A stretch of DNA of 64,000 nucleotides from an uncultured Fibrobacterota bacterium (lineage in GTDB: Bacteria > Fibrobacterota > Chitinivibrionia > Chitinivibrionales > FEN-1185). The DNA lies in NCBI GenBank assembly GCA_963753345.1, contig CAVWBU010000024.1, positions 128,001 to 192,000 on the forward strand, given 5' to 3'. Below the pieces are notes generated by a model. The model worked only from the letters and a program-made list of their open reading frames with translations, was not told the origin of the DNA and ran no database searches. This document shows, one piece after another, positions 30,127-41,286 of the stretch. Made by a program: the position numbers and the translations under genes. Numbering within the stretch: position 1 is the first letter of the stretch; the number at the start of each line of letters is the position of its first letter.

Positions 30127-32022
30127 ATGGCCGATAATCACCCTGATTCTACACAACGGCTCGGATTTCAGACAGAGGCGAAGCAACTGCTCCACCTCAT
30201 GATCCATTCCCTGTACAGCCACAAGGAAGTATTTCTTCGCGAGCTTGTCTCCAACGCATCGGATGCGCTGGACAAACTGCGCTTCGAATCTCTCACCAAT
30301 TCCTCCCTGCTTGGCGACGACACCGAACTGTGCATACGCGTCAAGGTGAATGAAAAAGCGAAGACCATTACCATTTCGGACAACGGCATCGGCATGACGC
30401 GCGACGAGGTGATCGACAACATCGGCACCATAGCGCGCAGCGGGTCGCGAGCATTTGTGGAAAGCCTTACCGGAGATCAGAAATTGGATTCCAACATGAT
30501 AGGCCAGTTCGGCGTCGGCTTCTACTCCGCATTCATGGTGGCCTCAAAGGTCAAGCTTGTCACAAAGCGCGCGGGCGAAGGCTGCACCGCGGTTGTCTGG
30601 GAATCGGACGGGCAAAGCGATTACACGATCGCCGAAACCGAAAAGGAAACCCGCGGCACCGAGGTGACCGTGTACCTCAACGACGATGATACTTCCTACG
30701 CGGAACCCTACGCCGTGCGTTCGGTCATCAAGAAATTCTCCGATTTCATCGCGTTTCCCATTTACTTTCCAAACGAGAAGGGCCACGACGAGATCATCAA
30801 CCAGACCAAGCCCCTCTGGAAGCGCCCGCCGCTCGAAATCACGAGCGAACAGTACGAGGAATTCTTCAAGCAGCTCGGGGGCTTCGACAGGCCCGTCGCG
30901 ACAATCCACAGCAAAGCCGAAGGCGTCCTCGAGTATTCATTCGTGCTCTTTCTTCCTTCCAAGGCGCCGTTCGACCTGTTTCTCCCCGAACGCACGCACG
31001 GCATAAAACTGTACGTCAAGCGCGTTTTCATCATGGACCACTGCAAGGAGCTGTTCCCCGATTATTTGCGTTTTGTAAAGGGCGTGGTCGACTCCGAAGA
31101 TCTGCCGCTCAACGTTTCGCGCGAGATGCTTCAGCACAACCCTGTTATCGAGAAAATGAAAAGGACCCTGGTTGCCAAGGTGCTCGCCAAACTGTCCGAC
31201 ATGGCCGCAACCGAGCCCTCGCAGTTTGCGGCGTTCTGGGACCAGTTCGGCCCCGTGCTCAAGGAAGGCGTGCACACCGACGACGAGAACAAGGACAAGC
31301 TCGTGGAACTGTTGCGGTTCCAGTCCACCCTGTCCGAAACCAAGGACGACCTTGTGTCGCTCAAACAGTACGCCGGCCGGATGCGCGAGGGCCAGAAGCA
31401 CATTTACTACATCAGCGGCGAGAGCAGGGAGATTGTGGAAAAAAGCCCGCATCTCGAGGTGTTCCGCGACAAGAGCATCGAAGTGCTGTACTTCCTCGAC
31501 CCCATCGACGAGTGGCTGGTGAACGACCTTTACAATTACGACGGCAAACAGCTCAGGTCAGTAGCAAAGGGTGACCTTGACCTCGGCGACCTCGGCACCG
31601 ACGACAAAAAGCAGCAGGAAGGCATGGAATCGAAATACAAGAAACTGACCGAACGGATAAAGAACATCCTTTCCGATACCGTCAAGGAGGTCCGGGTCAC
31701 TGCCCGCCTCAAGGACAGTCCCTGCTGCCTGGTGTCCGACGAGCACGACCTCGGGCCGTTTATGGAAAAAATGATGAAGGCCATGGGGCAGGCCGTTCCC
31801 GAAAGCAAGGCCATCCTGGAAATAAACGGCTCGCACCCCATTGTGGAAAACCTGCGCACGCTCTACGAAAAGGACGCAAAATCGCCGTTGCTTGACGAAT
31901 GGGTAAAAGTCCTCCACGACCAGGCCCTGATCGCGGGCGGAGCGCAGCCGAAAGACGCCACGGCCTACGCAAAACGGGTGAATGAGCTCCTGCTCAATGC
32001 CTCCAGAGAGGCGATCATATGA
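30127..32022 (+). CDS. htpG: Molecular chaperone HtpG (Hsp90)
   Basis: [51 protein letters not shown]. Confidence 0.98.
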
Positions 32023-32786
32023 ACCGGTGCATCGCCCTGCTCACCGATTTCGGCACGAGCGATTGGTTCGCGGCCAGCATGAAGGGCGCCATTCTTTCTG
32101 CGAACCCCGACGCCAACATTGCGGATATCACTCACGATATTCCCGCAGGCGACCTTCGATCTGCGGCCTTCTGCCTGCTTTCCTGCTTTTCGTGCTTCCC
32201 CAGGGAAACCATCTTTGTGGTTGTCGTTGACCCGGACGTTGGCGGCAGACGCGCGGCAATCGCCGTGCATGCGGGCGGATACTTTTTTGTGGGGCCGGAC
32301 AACGGCGTGCTCTCGGCCGCTGCGGATAATTTTGACGATATTGAAATCAGGTCTATTGAGAATCCCCTCTGCATGCGCTCACCGGTGAGCACGACCTTTC
32401 ACGGCCGAGACATTTTCGCGCCGACCGCGGCAAGACTGAGCCTCGGATTCCCTTTCGAAGACGTGGGTCCTTGTCGCGGCGACATGGTGCGCCACGCCAT
32501 GCCGGTTGCGGAAAAAGAAGGCAATACCATCGTCGGCACGGTTCTTTATGCAGACCGTTTCGGCAATGTCATAACCAATATTCCGCCCTCACTTGTTTTA
32601 CACCGCGCCATGGCGCTAAGGGTCGGCGACAACGCCATCCCGGTGTGCTCCTGCTATGGAGACGTCGGAGAGGGAGAGCTTCTGGCCCTTGCCGGTTCGT
32701 GCGGATTCATCGAATTTTCGATCAACAGGGGAAGCGCGGCGCAGCGGCTGGGGCTCAAGGCCGGCGATACGGTTTTCGTGGATTAG
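32019..32786 (+). CDS. DUF62 SAM hydroxide adenosyltransferase (SAM hydrolase)
   Basis: LLTDFG..D, VVDP.VG..R, GPDNG, TFHGRDIF, DRFGN. Confidence 0.9.
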   Translation: MNRCIALLTDFGTSDWFAASMKGAILSANPDANIADITHDIPAGDLRSAAFCLLSCFSCFPRETIFVVVVDPDVGGRRAAIAVHAGGYFFVGPDNGVLSAAADNFDDIEIRSIENPLCMRSPVSTTFHGRDIFAPTAARLSLGFPFEDVGPCRGDMVRHAMPVAEKEGNTIVGTVLYADRFGNVITNIPPSLVLHRAMALRVGDNAIPVCSCYGDVGEGELLALAGSCGFIEFSINRGSAAQRLGLKAGDTVFVD

Positions 32787-32916
32787 CCGGCTGCCGCACC
32801 CTCCTTTTTTTTAGCCCTGTCACCGCCAAGACTGGAAAGCTCGGACTCGGCAGGCCCTTCTCAGCCCCAAGGATTTGCCCCGTGCACCGTTGCCATATAT
32901 TTTATCTGGCAACCTC

Positions 32917-34806
32917 ATGAACACATCCCTTCCCAAGGTTCCATCGGGCGTTGCGATCGGACTTGTTGTCGCCGCTCTCGGAGTGGTCTACGGGGATATC
33001 GGAACCAGCCCCTTGTATGCGTTCCGGATTTGCTTTGACGGACCCGGAGCAATTCCCACAACGCCCGAGAACATTCTTGGGGTGCTCTCACTCATTTTCT
33101 GGTCGCTGATCATCCTTATTTCCATCAAGTATCTGTCCTTTGTCCTGCGCGCGGACAACAAAGGCGAAGGTGGCATTCTTGCCATCACCACGCTCCTGGT
33201 GAAAGCAAAAGATAACGCTGTTCTAAAACGCAGCATCGTGCTGCTGCTCGGCCTGTTCGGTGCATCGCTCTTGTACGGAGATGGGCTCATAACACCGGTG
33301 ATTTCGGTGCTCAGCGCGGTTGAAGGTCTCAACACCGCCACGCCCGCGTTTACGCCGTATGTTGTGCCCATTTCCCTTGCCGTGCTTTTGTTTCTCTTCT
33401 GGTTCCAGAAACGCGGCAGCGGGACAATCGGCAAGGTCTTTGGCCCTATAATGATAGTGTGGTTTTCCGTGATCGGTTTTCTGGGACTTTTTTCGGTGGC
33501 TGCGAACCCGGCGGTGTTTCTTGCCATCGACCCGCGGCACATCCTGCCGTTTTTCCTTCACAACCGTGCGCATGCCTTCTTCACCCTCGGCACATTGTTC
33601 CTTGTGCTCACCGGCGGAGAGGCGCTGTATGCGGATATAGGACATTTCGGAACGCGTCCCATCCGTGCCGGTTGGTTCTATATCGTGTTGCCTGCCCTGG
33701 TCCTCAATTACTTCGGGCAGGGAGCGTTCCTGCTTCGCAATCCGACGCTTACCGACAACCTTTTTTACCGGCTCGCGCCTCCGTGGGCAGTGATACCCCT
33801 TGTCGTCCTTGCAACCGTCGCGACCGTCATTGCGTCGCAGGCCGTGATTTCGGGAGTGTTTTCACTCGCCCGGCAGTCGGTTCAGCTCGGCTTTTTACCC
33901 AGGTTGTCCATCATTCATACGTCAAACACCACCATCGGCCAGGTCTATGTGCCCGTTTTTAACTGGCTTCTGTGCTGCGGCACCGTCATTCTTGTTCTTG
34001 CTTTCAGGCAATCGGACAGCCTTGCTGGCGCCTATGGCGTTGCGGTGGCCACCACCATGATGATCACGACCCTCCTTCTGTTTCTCATTATGAGAAGAAC
34101 CTGGAACTGGAACCCTTTTGCCGCCGGCGGCATCTGCGCTGTTTTTTTCATGATCGACTGCACCTTCTTCTGCGCGAATCTTCTGAAAATCCGAGACGGC
34201 GGATGGATCTCGCTTGCTGTGGCCTGCTGCGTGATGTTCCTCATGATTACGTGGGACGACGGCAGGCGTTTGCTGCGCGGGAATATCGCAAGCGCGGCCC
34301 TTTCCATGAAGGACTTCATTGCCGACATCGTACCGCACAAGCCTCTCCGCGTCCCCGGAATATCCGTTTTTCTTGCCGGAGCAAAGGGGGGCGTGCCGCG
34401 CACGCTCCTGCACAATTACAAACACAACAAGATCCTTCACCACCAGGTGGTTGCCCTCACCGTTTCCACCAAAGAGGTGCCGACAGTTGACGAATCGGAA
34501 AGGCTGGAAGTGGACGACCTCGGCAACGGTTTTTACTGGATAACGGCGCGCTACGGTTTCAGCGAAACGCCGAACATCCCTTCCACTCTTTCTTCCGCGT
34601 CGGTGCGAGGGATCTCCTTCGACCCCATGCAGACCACCTTCTTTTTAGGCAGGGAAACCCTGATTGTTTCGCGCGAAAAAGGCGGGATGTCTATGCTCAG
34701 AAAAGGCGTCTTCGCGTTTCTTTCGCGCAACGCGTGCGATGCGTCGAAGTTCTTCCGGATTCCGCCGAACCGCGTCATTGAAATCGGAATTCAGGTGGAG
34801 CTCTAG
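32917..34806 (+). CDS. kup: Potassium uptake protein Kup
   Basis: GVVYGDIGTSPLY, ADNKGEGG, YGDGLITP.ISVLSAVEG, EIGIQVEL. Confidence 0.97.
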   Translation: MNTSLPKVPSGVAIGLVVAALGVVYGDIGTSPLYAFRICFDGPGAIPTTPENILGVLSLIFWSLIILISIKYLSFVLRADNKGEGGILAITTLLVKAKDNAVLKRSIVLLLGLFGASLLYGDGLITPVISVLSAVEGLNTATPAFTPYVVPISLAVLLFLFWFQKRGSGTIGKVFGPIMIVWFSVIGFLGLFSVAANPAVFLAIDPRHILPFFLHNRAHAFFTLGTLFLVLTGGEALYADIGHFGTRPIRAGWFYIVLPALVLNYFGQGAFLLRNPTLTDNLFYRLAPPWAVIPLVVLATVATVIASQAVISGVFSLARQSVQLGFLPRLSIIHTSNTTIGQVYVPVFNWLLCCGTVILVLAFRQSDSLAGAYGVAVATTMMITTLLLFLIMRRTWNWNPFAAGGICAVFFMIDCTFFCANLLKIRDGGWISLAVACCVMFLMITWDDGRRLLRGNIASAALSMKDFIADIVPHKPLRVPGISVFLAGAKGGVPRTLLHNYKHNKILHHQVVALTVSTKEVPTVDESERLEVDDLGNGFYWITARYGFSETPNIPSTLSSASVRGISFDPMQTTFFLGRETLIVSREKGGMSMLRKGVFAFLSRNACDASKFFRIPPNRVIEIGIQVEL

Positions 34807-35008
34807 CGAGCAGTTTGTCCTCCCTCCATCGCCACGGATTTCTTATATTTTTATGTGGTATACCATTTCCCCTTCCGGCATAGCTCCCGGCGAGGCCGTT
34901 CTTATTCGTAGACATTTGCGGGGCAAGGATTTATAATTGAAAGGCTGCCGGAGTATATCTTGACATGTTGACAAGCGCATTTCTTTTCGGTCGCCGTCCG
35001 GAACTACG

Positions 35009-36250
35009 ATGAAAAAAACCACACGCAAGAGCCCCATCCCGCCGTTTGCGCGCGCCGCATCGGCGCTTCAGGCGCGGGAGGAGCTTTCCATTGCCCGCGG
35101 GATCCAAACGGCCATGGTTCCAAAGCGGCTTCCGGCAGTGGAAGGCATCGAGATGGCTTCGCTGTACCTTCCTTCGGATCGGTTGGGCGGCGACCTCTTC
35201 GACGTAATCCAGAAAAGCGACGACGTTCTTGTGATAACCATATTCGACGTCGCGAGCAGCGGCGTCCCCGCCGCACTGCTCGCGTCCCTTGCAAAAGTGT
35301 CTTTTGCAAACAACATACGCGAGGTTTCCTCGCCGCGCGCGGTCATGGAGCGCGTCAACAGGGAAATGATGCGCAGCGTTTCGGCGCGCTATTACATCAC
35401 CGCGCTCGTCGCGTACCTTGACCTGCACGACAACAGGCTCACCTATTGCAACGCGGCCCACCCCTATCCGATTATCGTGCGCACCGGCTCAGGCGCGGTG
35501 GAGCCGATCAAGTCGACCGGCGTGTGCATGGGGCTGTTCGAAACGGGACAATTCGAGGAAAGAAGCCTGTATCTCAATTCCGGCGATTGGCTGCTGTTCT
35601 TTACCGACGGTTTGTACAGTCTCTTTCCAGGGGAGAATGCCCTCGCCAGCCGGAGACTGCTGGAACGGGAAGCTGCCGCATCGGCAGGTGACGGGTCGCC
35701 CGGGCAATTCATAAAAAGACTGCGGCGGCGCTGCACCGCGGCGGCCCGCAAAGCGGTCCGTGACGATGTCACCGTGCTGTCGATTGTGTTTCTTGCACAG
35801 TCACGCAAAAACCTTATCAAGGAAAAACTCGGCTTCATGCAAAACGATCCCGTGTATCTGCAGTTTATCAGTTATTTCGAGGAGATGGACAAGGCGACGT
35901 CGGTGATTCTGAGCGCCATGGATTCGCTCGGGTATCCCGACGAAAGCATCAGGAAGATGAAGATCATTCTCACCGAGTTGTTCGCCAACGCCATCTACCA
36001 CGGGAACAAGGGCGACCACGCGAAGAAGGTGACGGTGGGCCACACCATTGACAACAAAAAGGTGACCATATCCATCATGGACGAAGGGGACGGCTTTGAT
36101 CCGTCGAAGGTCCCCGACCCCACCCTGCCGGAAAACCTTGTGAAGGATTGCGGCAGAGGAATTTACATTGTGAGAAACTACGCCGATACATTGGAGTTCA
36201 ACGAGAAGGGAAACCGGGTGACCATAACGAAATACCATGTCACAAAATAA
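35009..36250 (+). CDS. SpoIIE/PP2C phosphatase fused to RsbW-like HATPase (anti-sigma kinase) domain
   Basis: GGDLFD, DVASSG, FTDGL, DDVT, then ELFANAIYHGN, DEGDGFD, GRGIYI. Confidence 0.9.
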   Translation: MKKTTRKSPIPPFARAASALQAREELSIARGIQTAMVPKRLPAVEGIEMASLYLPSDRLGGDLFDVIQKSDDVLVITIFDVASSGVPAALLASLAKVSFANNIREVSSPRAVMERVNREMMRSVSARYYITALVAYLDLHDNRLTYCNAAHPYPIIVRTGSGAVEPIKSTGVCMGLFETGQFEERSLYLNSGDWLLFFTDGLYSLFPGENALASRRLLEREAAASAGDGSPGQFIKRLRRRCTAAARKAVRDDVTVLSIVFLAQSRKNLIKEKLGFMQNDPVYLQFISYFEEMDKATSVILSAMDSLGYPDESIRKMKIILTELFANAIYHGNKGDHAKKVTVGHTIDNKKVTISIMDEGDGFDPSKVPDPTLPENLVKDCGRGIYIVRNYADTLEFNEKGNRVTITKYHVTK

Positions 36251-36830
36251 CCGTTCGGGACGCATCGGCGTGGCCGGATACATGGGCGCCGGAAAATCGG
36301 CGTTTTCGGCTCTGCTCTCCGAGATGAGGGGCACAAGGTGCATCGACGCCGACGCGGAAGCGAAGCTCCTCATGGAGGGCGACGGGCGGCTCCGAGACGA
36401 CCTTGCGCTCCTTTTCGGGCCCACGGTGGCTGCCGGGGCGGCCATCGATTTCGCGGCGCTCGGAAGAATTGCCTTTTCGTCAATAGCGGAAATGAGGAAG
36501 CTCAACGGCCTCGTCCATCCGCCGCTGGTGCGCAGGCTGCGCGACCTCGCATTGTCGCGGCCCGGCCCGTGCATCCTTGACGCGGCGCTCATTCCGTTCT
36601 GGCACATCGAAGACTGGTTTGATTGCTGCTTTTGGATTCAGGCGGCGCCCGGCCGCAGGCTACAGCGCGTGCTCTCCGCAACGGGACTGCCGGAAGAGGC
36701 GGTCCGGCAGCGGATGCTCATTCAGGAGACGCTCATGGCCGAACCCGCGGGGCCGAACTGGATATTTGTCAATAACGAAGGGACGCTTGGCGACCTTGCC
36801 GCCGCTGCAGGCAGGGGTTTGCGCGGATAG
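36237..36830 (+). CDS. coaE: Dephospho-CoA kinase
   Basis: GYMGAGKS, IDAD, LNGLVHP, DAAL, NNEG. Confidence 0.88.
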   Translation: MSQNNRSGRIGVAGYMGAGKSAFSALLSEMRGTRCIDADAEAKLLMEGDGRLRDDLALLFGPTVAAGAAIDFAALGRIAFSSIAEMRKLNGLVHPPLVRRLRDLALSRPGPCILDAALIPFWHIEDWFDCCFWIQAAPGRRLQRVLSATGLPEEAVRQRMLIQETLMAEPAGPNWIFVNNEGTLGDLAAAAGRGLRG

Positions 36831-37005
36831 GCGTGGCTTCGTGGGCGCGCGTTGCGTCCACGGACATCGAGAACAAGGATTTCGTGAATCCATTTTGCGC
36901 ATACGCGGAACAAATGCATTTTTTGCCGGATTCACGGCGAGCCGAGGGTATCACCTTCGAAGTTCCTGGCGAGTTTTCACCTGAACAACAGACCCAGCGT
37001 TGAGC

Positions 37006-38382
37006 ATGTTGAAGGAACACCCATCCTTTGTCAAGCAGATGGTCGCCGCGGTCGACTGCGCGCTGATCATCGCTGCATTTGCGCTGTCCTATTCCATTGT
37101 CGTGCAGGTAAGGCCCCTCTCCCCGGCCCTCAATTACTGGTTCATGCTCGTCGGCTTTCTCGGGTTTTACCTGTATTTCGCCTGGACCAGGGAACTTTTC
37201 TCGGTGCTGCAGTTCAACTGGGCACGCCACCTGTTCTGGCGCATCGTTGCCATTTTTATGAGCGCAGGGATCTTGGGCGCATCTATTCTCTATGTAATGC
37301 GCGACACCTACAACAGCCGCATGCTGTACCTTTTTTTCGCCGGCATTTCGCTTGTCTTCATCGCCTCCGAGAAACTCGCGCTGCGGCAGTTCTTTTCCCG
37401 GATCCGGCGCAGCAACCGCAACACAACCCCGATAATCCTGTTTGGAAGAGGAAGGCAGGCCGTGCAGATGTACCAGGAAATCCTGGCGCACCCGGAATGG
37501 GGGTTCCGCGTGGTGAAGATTCTCGACTTGAAGACCATGCCGGCCCAGTTCGAGGAAATCCTCAAGAAAAACCACGTGGAAGAGGTCTTCTTCTGCATAC
37601 CTCGCCAGATAACCAAGGGAGGGTTCGTTATCGACCCCTACCTCCAGGTCTGCGAGGACATGGGCAGGCCCGCACGGGTTTTCATCAACCTGCTCGACTC
37701 GACGCGATTCGCCAGTTGGAAGTACCACAAGTTCATGGAGCGGCCCACCCTTATTTCGCATACCGTGGAGCTCGACCCCGACCAGGTGCTGTTCAAACGC
37801 ATCTTCGACATCGCGGGGGCAAGTGTCGGTCTTGTGGGGCTTGTCCTCCTGTATCCGCTCTTCGCAGCCGCGATCAAACTGAGCTCTCCCGGGCCTGTTT
37901 TTTTCAAACAGGAACGCGTGGGCCGCAACGGAAAACGGTTCCACATGTATAAGTTCCGTTCCATGACCGTGGACGCGGAAGAGCAGAAGAGACTTCTCCT
38001 TGACAGAAACGAAATGCAGGGCGCCGTTTTCAAGATCCGCGACGACCCCCGCGTCACGCGCGCGGGCCGCTTCATGCGCAGGTATTCACTCGACGAGCTG
38101 CCCCAGTTCATCAACGTTGTAAGGGGGGATATGTCGCTGGTGGGAACTCGGCCGCCCACACCCGACGAGGTGAACACCTACCAGAAATGGCAGTACCGGA
38201 GAATGAGCATCCGCCCCGGCCTCACCGGCCTCTGGCAGGTGAGCGGCCGCAACAAAGTACAGAATTTCAACGACATCGTGCGGCTCGACCTCAAGTATAT
38301 CGACTCATGGAGCATCTGGCTTGACATAAAGATATTGCTCAAGACGGTGTTCGTGATTTTTCAGAGGGACGCGGCATACTAA
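37006..38382 (+). CDS. Undecaprenyl-phosphate glycosylphosphotransferase (WcaJ/WbaP-like sugar transferase)
   Basis: 4-5 TM helices; KRIFDI, YKFRSM, DDPRVT, SLDELPQ, GDMSLVG.RP, PGLTGLWQVSGR. Confidence 0.93.
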   Translation: MLKEHPSFVKQMVAAVDCALIIAAFALSYSIVVQVRPLSPALNYWFMLVGFLGFYLYFAWTRELFSVLQFNWARHLFWRIVAIFMSAGILGASILYVMRDTYNSRMLYLFFAGISLVFIASEKLALRQFFSRIRRSNRNTTPIILFGRGRQAVQMYQEILAHPEWGFRVVKILDLKTMPAQFEEILKKNHVEEVFFCIPRQITKGGFVIDPYLQVCEDMGRPARVFINLLDSTRFASWKYHKFMERPTLISHTVELDPDQVLFKRIFDIAGASVGLVGLVLLYPLFAAAIKLSSPGPVFFKQERVGRNGKRFHMYKFRSMTVDAEEQKRLLLDRNEMQGAVFKIRDDPRVTRAGRFMRRYSLDELPQFINVVRGDMSLVGTRPPTPDEVNTYQKWQYRRMSIRPGLTGLWQVSGRNKVQNFNDIVRLDLKYIDSWSIWLDIKILLKTVFVIFQRDAAY

Positions 38383-38397
38383 TAATCAATTCGTGTT

Positions 38398-38565
38398 TTG
38401 GGGGAGAGGTATCTCCCCCGGCCTCGGCCGGCTTCGCTGTCCTCGGCACTCCCCTCTCCAGGGTGACCCCCTAGAGGGAGCAGTTGCAAGAGTCAACTAC
38501 CTGTGCGGGGGCACCCACAAGCTGCAGTTGAGACGGTGCCCGGTGAGAGATACTAAATCTCGCCG
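38398..38565. repeat. GC-rich palindromic REP-like intergenic element
   Basis: GGGGGAG-AGGTAT-CTCCCCC, CTCCCCTCT..AGAGGGAG and TCAACT..AGTTGA inverted repeats. Confidence 0.45.
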
Positions 38566-38585
38566 TAAGGAAAGGAAAGACTGCA

Positions 38586-40139
38586 TTGACGAACAAGAGA
38601 GCTATTTCATCAAGATTGATAAACTCATCATGCATGGCAGCCTTGCTATTAATCTCCATAGCGCCTTCCAATTCCTTTTCCGTTCAGCTCGAAAACTGGC
38701 GGCAGCCCTATTATACCCTCGCAAGCCGTCTCGGATGCTATTCCTCCTCGCCAAGCGGCATGTTCTGGGACGATCTGGGGCCGCTTCCGGATTCGGTGGC
38801 ATTTCTTGACAGAAGCGTGTGGCCCGACAGCGGCAGAACTGCCGCGAACCACTGGATTTTGGAACCCGCAGCGTTCGGGTCGATAGGAAACACGAACTCC
38901 TATTTCGGCAAGAACTCGGCGCTTGGCGCCACCTTGCTCAACGACATCCGCTACAAAGGATTTCTCACCCGTCAGGTTATCGACGTGGATTCGAGGTTCA
39001 TTGACGATCCGCAATACCCATGGTTAATGGACCGCGGAGTTGCCGCGCGTATTTCGGAAGCGTATCTCCAATACGGTTTCAAATACGGCTTTGTGCGCGT
39101 GGGCAGGCTCGACAGAAACTGGGGCCCGTTTGCGGACCGAAGTCTGATCCTGTCCGACAATACCTATAGCTACGACGGCATCGAGTTCGGCCTTCATTCG
39201 TCGTTTTTCGAGTTTCGCCATTTTTTCGCCGCGTTCCCGGATAAAAACCTATCTTGGGACCTCGACACCACGGGCACCAGCAGGTATCTTACCGCGCATT
39301 CCCTCGATTTCATGCTCGGCCGTTTCGGAACGGTCGGCATAACCGAAACCGTTGTATTCGGCAGGAAATCCGGCATCCCAGATTTACAGTATGTCAATCC
39401 AATGTCCGTCTATTTCGTCACGAACTGCAACGGCGAGGGCGGGGGCAACCTCATGGAGGCATTCCAGTGGAACCTGCACCCATTCACCGACAAGGTTTCC
39501 ATCAAAGGCCAGTTCCTTATCGACGACATTCAGGTTGACAGCAAGGGCCCCGGCAACGACAAGCCCAATGCTTGGGGCACTGATATGGGTCTGTTCTGGA
39601 ACGATTTTCTGCCCTTTTCACTTCCGCACGTATTGTCTTTTGAATACCGGTTCATCTCACGCTGGGTGTATACGGTCTCCGACGACAATTCCGCCGACGG
39701 CGAACGGTATACTTACCTTGGAAAGAGCCTTGGTTTTCCCACTGACGATGGCGATAGCGCGAATTTGTCATTCACGATTGCAGGCAAGAATTTCTGGGCG
39801 GCGCAGGCGGGCCTGAGTTACCAGCGTCAGGGCCAGGGAACAGTATTGTCAATATGGCATGACGACAGCTTATCGCTGGCAGACCCCTCAAAATATTCGC
39901 GCGACGCCCTTGGCTACCGGACGGAGCCGTCGATCCCCTCCGGCATTGTGGAAAGCACGTTCGATTTTTACCTTAACCTCATCGGCTATTACAAAAATTA
40001 TGTCGATTTTCAGGCGACCCTTCACAACAGATGGATAACCAATAAAGGACATGTCGTCTCTTCCCTCGCATACGATCCGCAGATATCCATTAGCCTCGGG
40101 CTGCATTACAGCAACTTCTTCGTCAAGCTGCCCAAATGA
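38586..40139 (+). CDS. Outer-membrane protein, capsule assembly Wzi-like
   Basis: Signal peptide; GR...WGP....LILSDN, HSL, G.TETVVF, GQFLIDD, LG.P..D motifs. Start uncertain (alternative ATG 38634). Confidence 0.65.
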   Translation: MTNKRAISSRLINSSCMAALLLISIAPSNSFSVQLENWRQPYYTLASRLGCYSSSPSGMFWDDLGPLPDSVAFLDRSVWPDSGRTAANHWILEPAAFGSIGNTNSYFGKNSALGATLLNDIRYKGFLTRQVIDVDSRFIDDPQYPWLMDRGVAARISEAYLQYGFKYGFVRVGRLDRNWGPFADRSLILSDNTYSYDGIEFGLHSSFFEFRHFFAAFPDKNLSWDLDTTGTSRYLTAHSLDFMLGRFGTVGITETVVFGRKSGIPDLQYVNPMSVYFVTNCNGEGGGNLMEAFQWNLHPFTDKVSIKGQFLIDDIQVDSKGPGNDKPNAWGTDMGLFWNDFLPFSLPHVLSFEYRFISRWVYTVSDDNSADGERYTYLGKSLGFPTDDGDSANLSFTIAGKNFWAAQAGLSYQRQGQGTVLSIWHDDSLSLADPSKYSRDALGYRTEPSIPSGIVESTFDFYLNLIGYYKNYVDFQATLHNRWITNKGHVVSSLAYDPQISISLGLHYSNFFVKLPK

Positions 40140-40909
40140 CCGTACCTGTGCCCCGCTCTTCAAAGAGCTCATTACGGCGGAGCGCAGGACCCGCCCGCAG
40201 AACCGACCCGGCCGTTCCGTCCTCAGCAAAACGCATCGAGCGGAAGATCGCAGAAATCCTGAGGCTGCTCGCTGCATCGCGCTATCCGACATGCCTTGAC
40301 AAGAGGTTTGTCGGCGGCTATGCCCAAGTCCAAAACCTTTTTTCCGCCTATCAACGCGAGGTCCTTAAGGCCTATCCTCACAGGGTCACCTGCAGGGAAA
40401 AATGCGGCGTCTGCTGCAACCACTGGCCCGAAGACACCTATTCGTTCGAGGTGCAAATTATTGCCGAGTATCTGAAGAAGCACCGACCCGCCGAAATAAA
40501 CCGAATCACAAAAACGTTACGCGAGGACATGGCATGCCTAAAAAGAATAAGAACCGCCGTACGAAAAAGGCTGCTTGACCCTTGCGAGCGCGCCGCGCTG
40601 GGCGACATCGACCCGTACGACGTGGCGCTGTCGAGCTTCTACCGGTTCAACCGGCCCTGCCCGCTCCTTGACAAGAACGGGTCCTGCTCCATTTACCCTA
40701 TCCGGCCTTTCACGTGCAGAGTGTACGTGAGCTTTTCGCCCCCACAATATTGCAGGCCAGGCCGTATCCTCGGCGACAAGGCGATGACGTATCTGCTCGA
40801 TCTGGAAAAAGACGCCAGCGAATTATTCGACAGGCTGCACTTCATGTATGATGAGTTTGACGGGGATACGAGTTTGAGGTCGATGCTGTACAGGGCGTTG
40901 ACAAGATAA
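40136..40909 (+). CDS. YkgJ-family (CxxxCxxCC) Fe-S/Zn cluster protein
   Basis: CREKCGVCC and CPLL...CSIY.IRP.TCR. Confidence 0.85.
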   Translation: MTVPVPRSSKSSLRRSAGPARRTDPAVPSSAKRIERKIAEILRLLAASRYPTCLDKRFVGGYAQVQNLFSAYQREVLKAYPHRVTCREKCGVCCNHWPEDTYSFEVQIIAEYLKKHRPAEINRITKTLREDMACLKRIRTAVRKRLLDPCERAALGDIDPYDVALSSFYRFNRPCPLLDKNGSCSIYPIRPFTCRVYVSFSPPQYCRPGRILGDKAMTYLLDLEKDASELFDRLHFMYDEFDGDTSLRSMLYRALTR

Positions 40910-40937
40910 TAGATAAACCAAGAATGAAAAGAAGATC

Positions 40938-41286
40938 TGGGCGCCCCGCCGAAGCCGGCGGCGGCCCTCCTTCCGGTCTCGGCCTTTGGCCTCGGGCCGC
41001 CACGGCCCTATGCCGCTTCGCGGCGGGTCCGGGCGGCACCGCGCTCCAGCGCGGCCTCCAGTCCGGCCTGGCGCGAAAAAATCACCAATAAGCAAGTTTG
41101 ATTTATCGCCGCGAAGCGGCATACCGCAAAGGTTGCGTTGCGAAGGGGCAACGCCGCGCGAGCGCAAGTCGAGCGCACCAGGCGTGCCTCTTTGCTGAAA
41201 GGGGTGTGCCACGAGACCCGCAGACGCGCGCAGCGCGGCGAGGAGGCTTGGGGCCAGGGGGAAACGCGAAGCGGTGCCCCCACCCA
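40938..41286. repeat. Cluster of GC-rich REP/MITE-like palindromes
   Basis: CCGC-TTC-GCGG, CCGCGCT-CC-AGCGCGG, CGTTGC..GCAACG, GGGGG..CCCCC; no credible ORF. Confidence 0.45.

Noticed and set aside
32019-32786. Fluorinase/chlorinase
   Set aside because: TFHGRD and the D..R residues indicate the common DUF62 SAM hydrolase rather than a halogenase.
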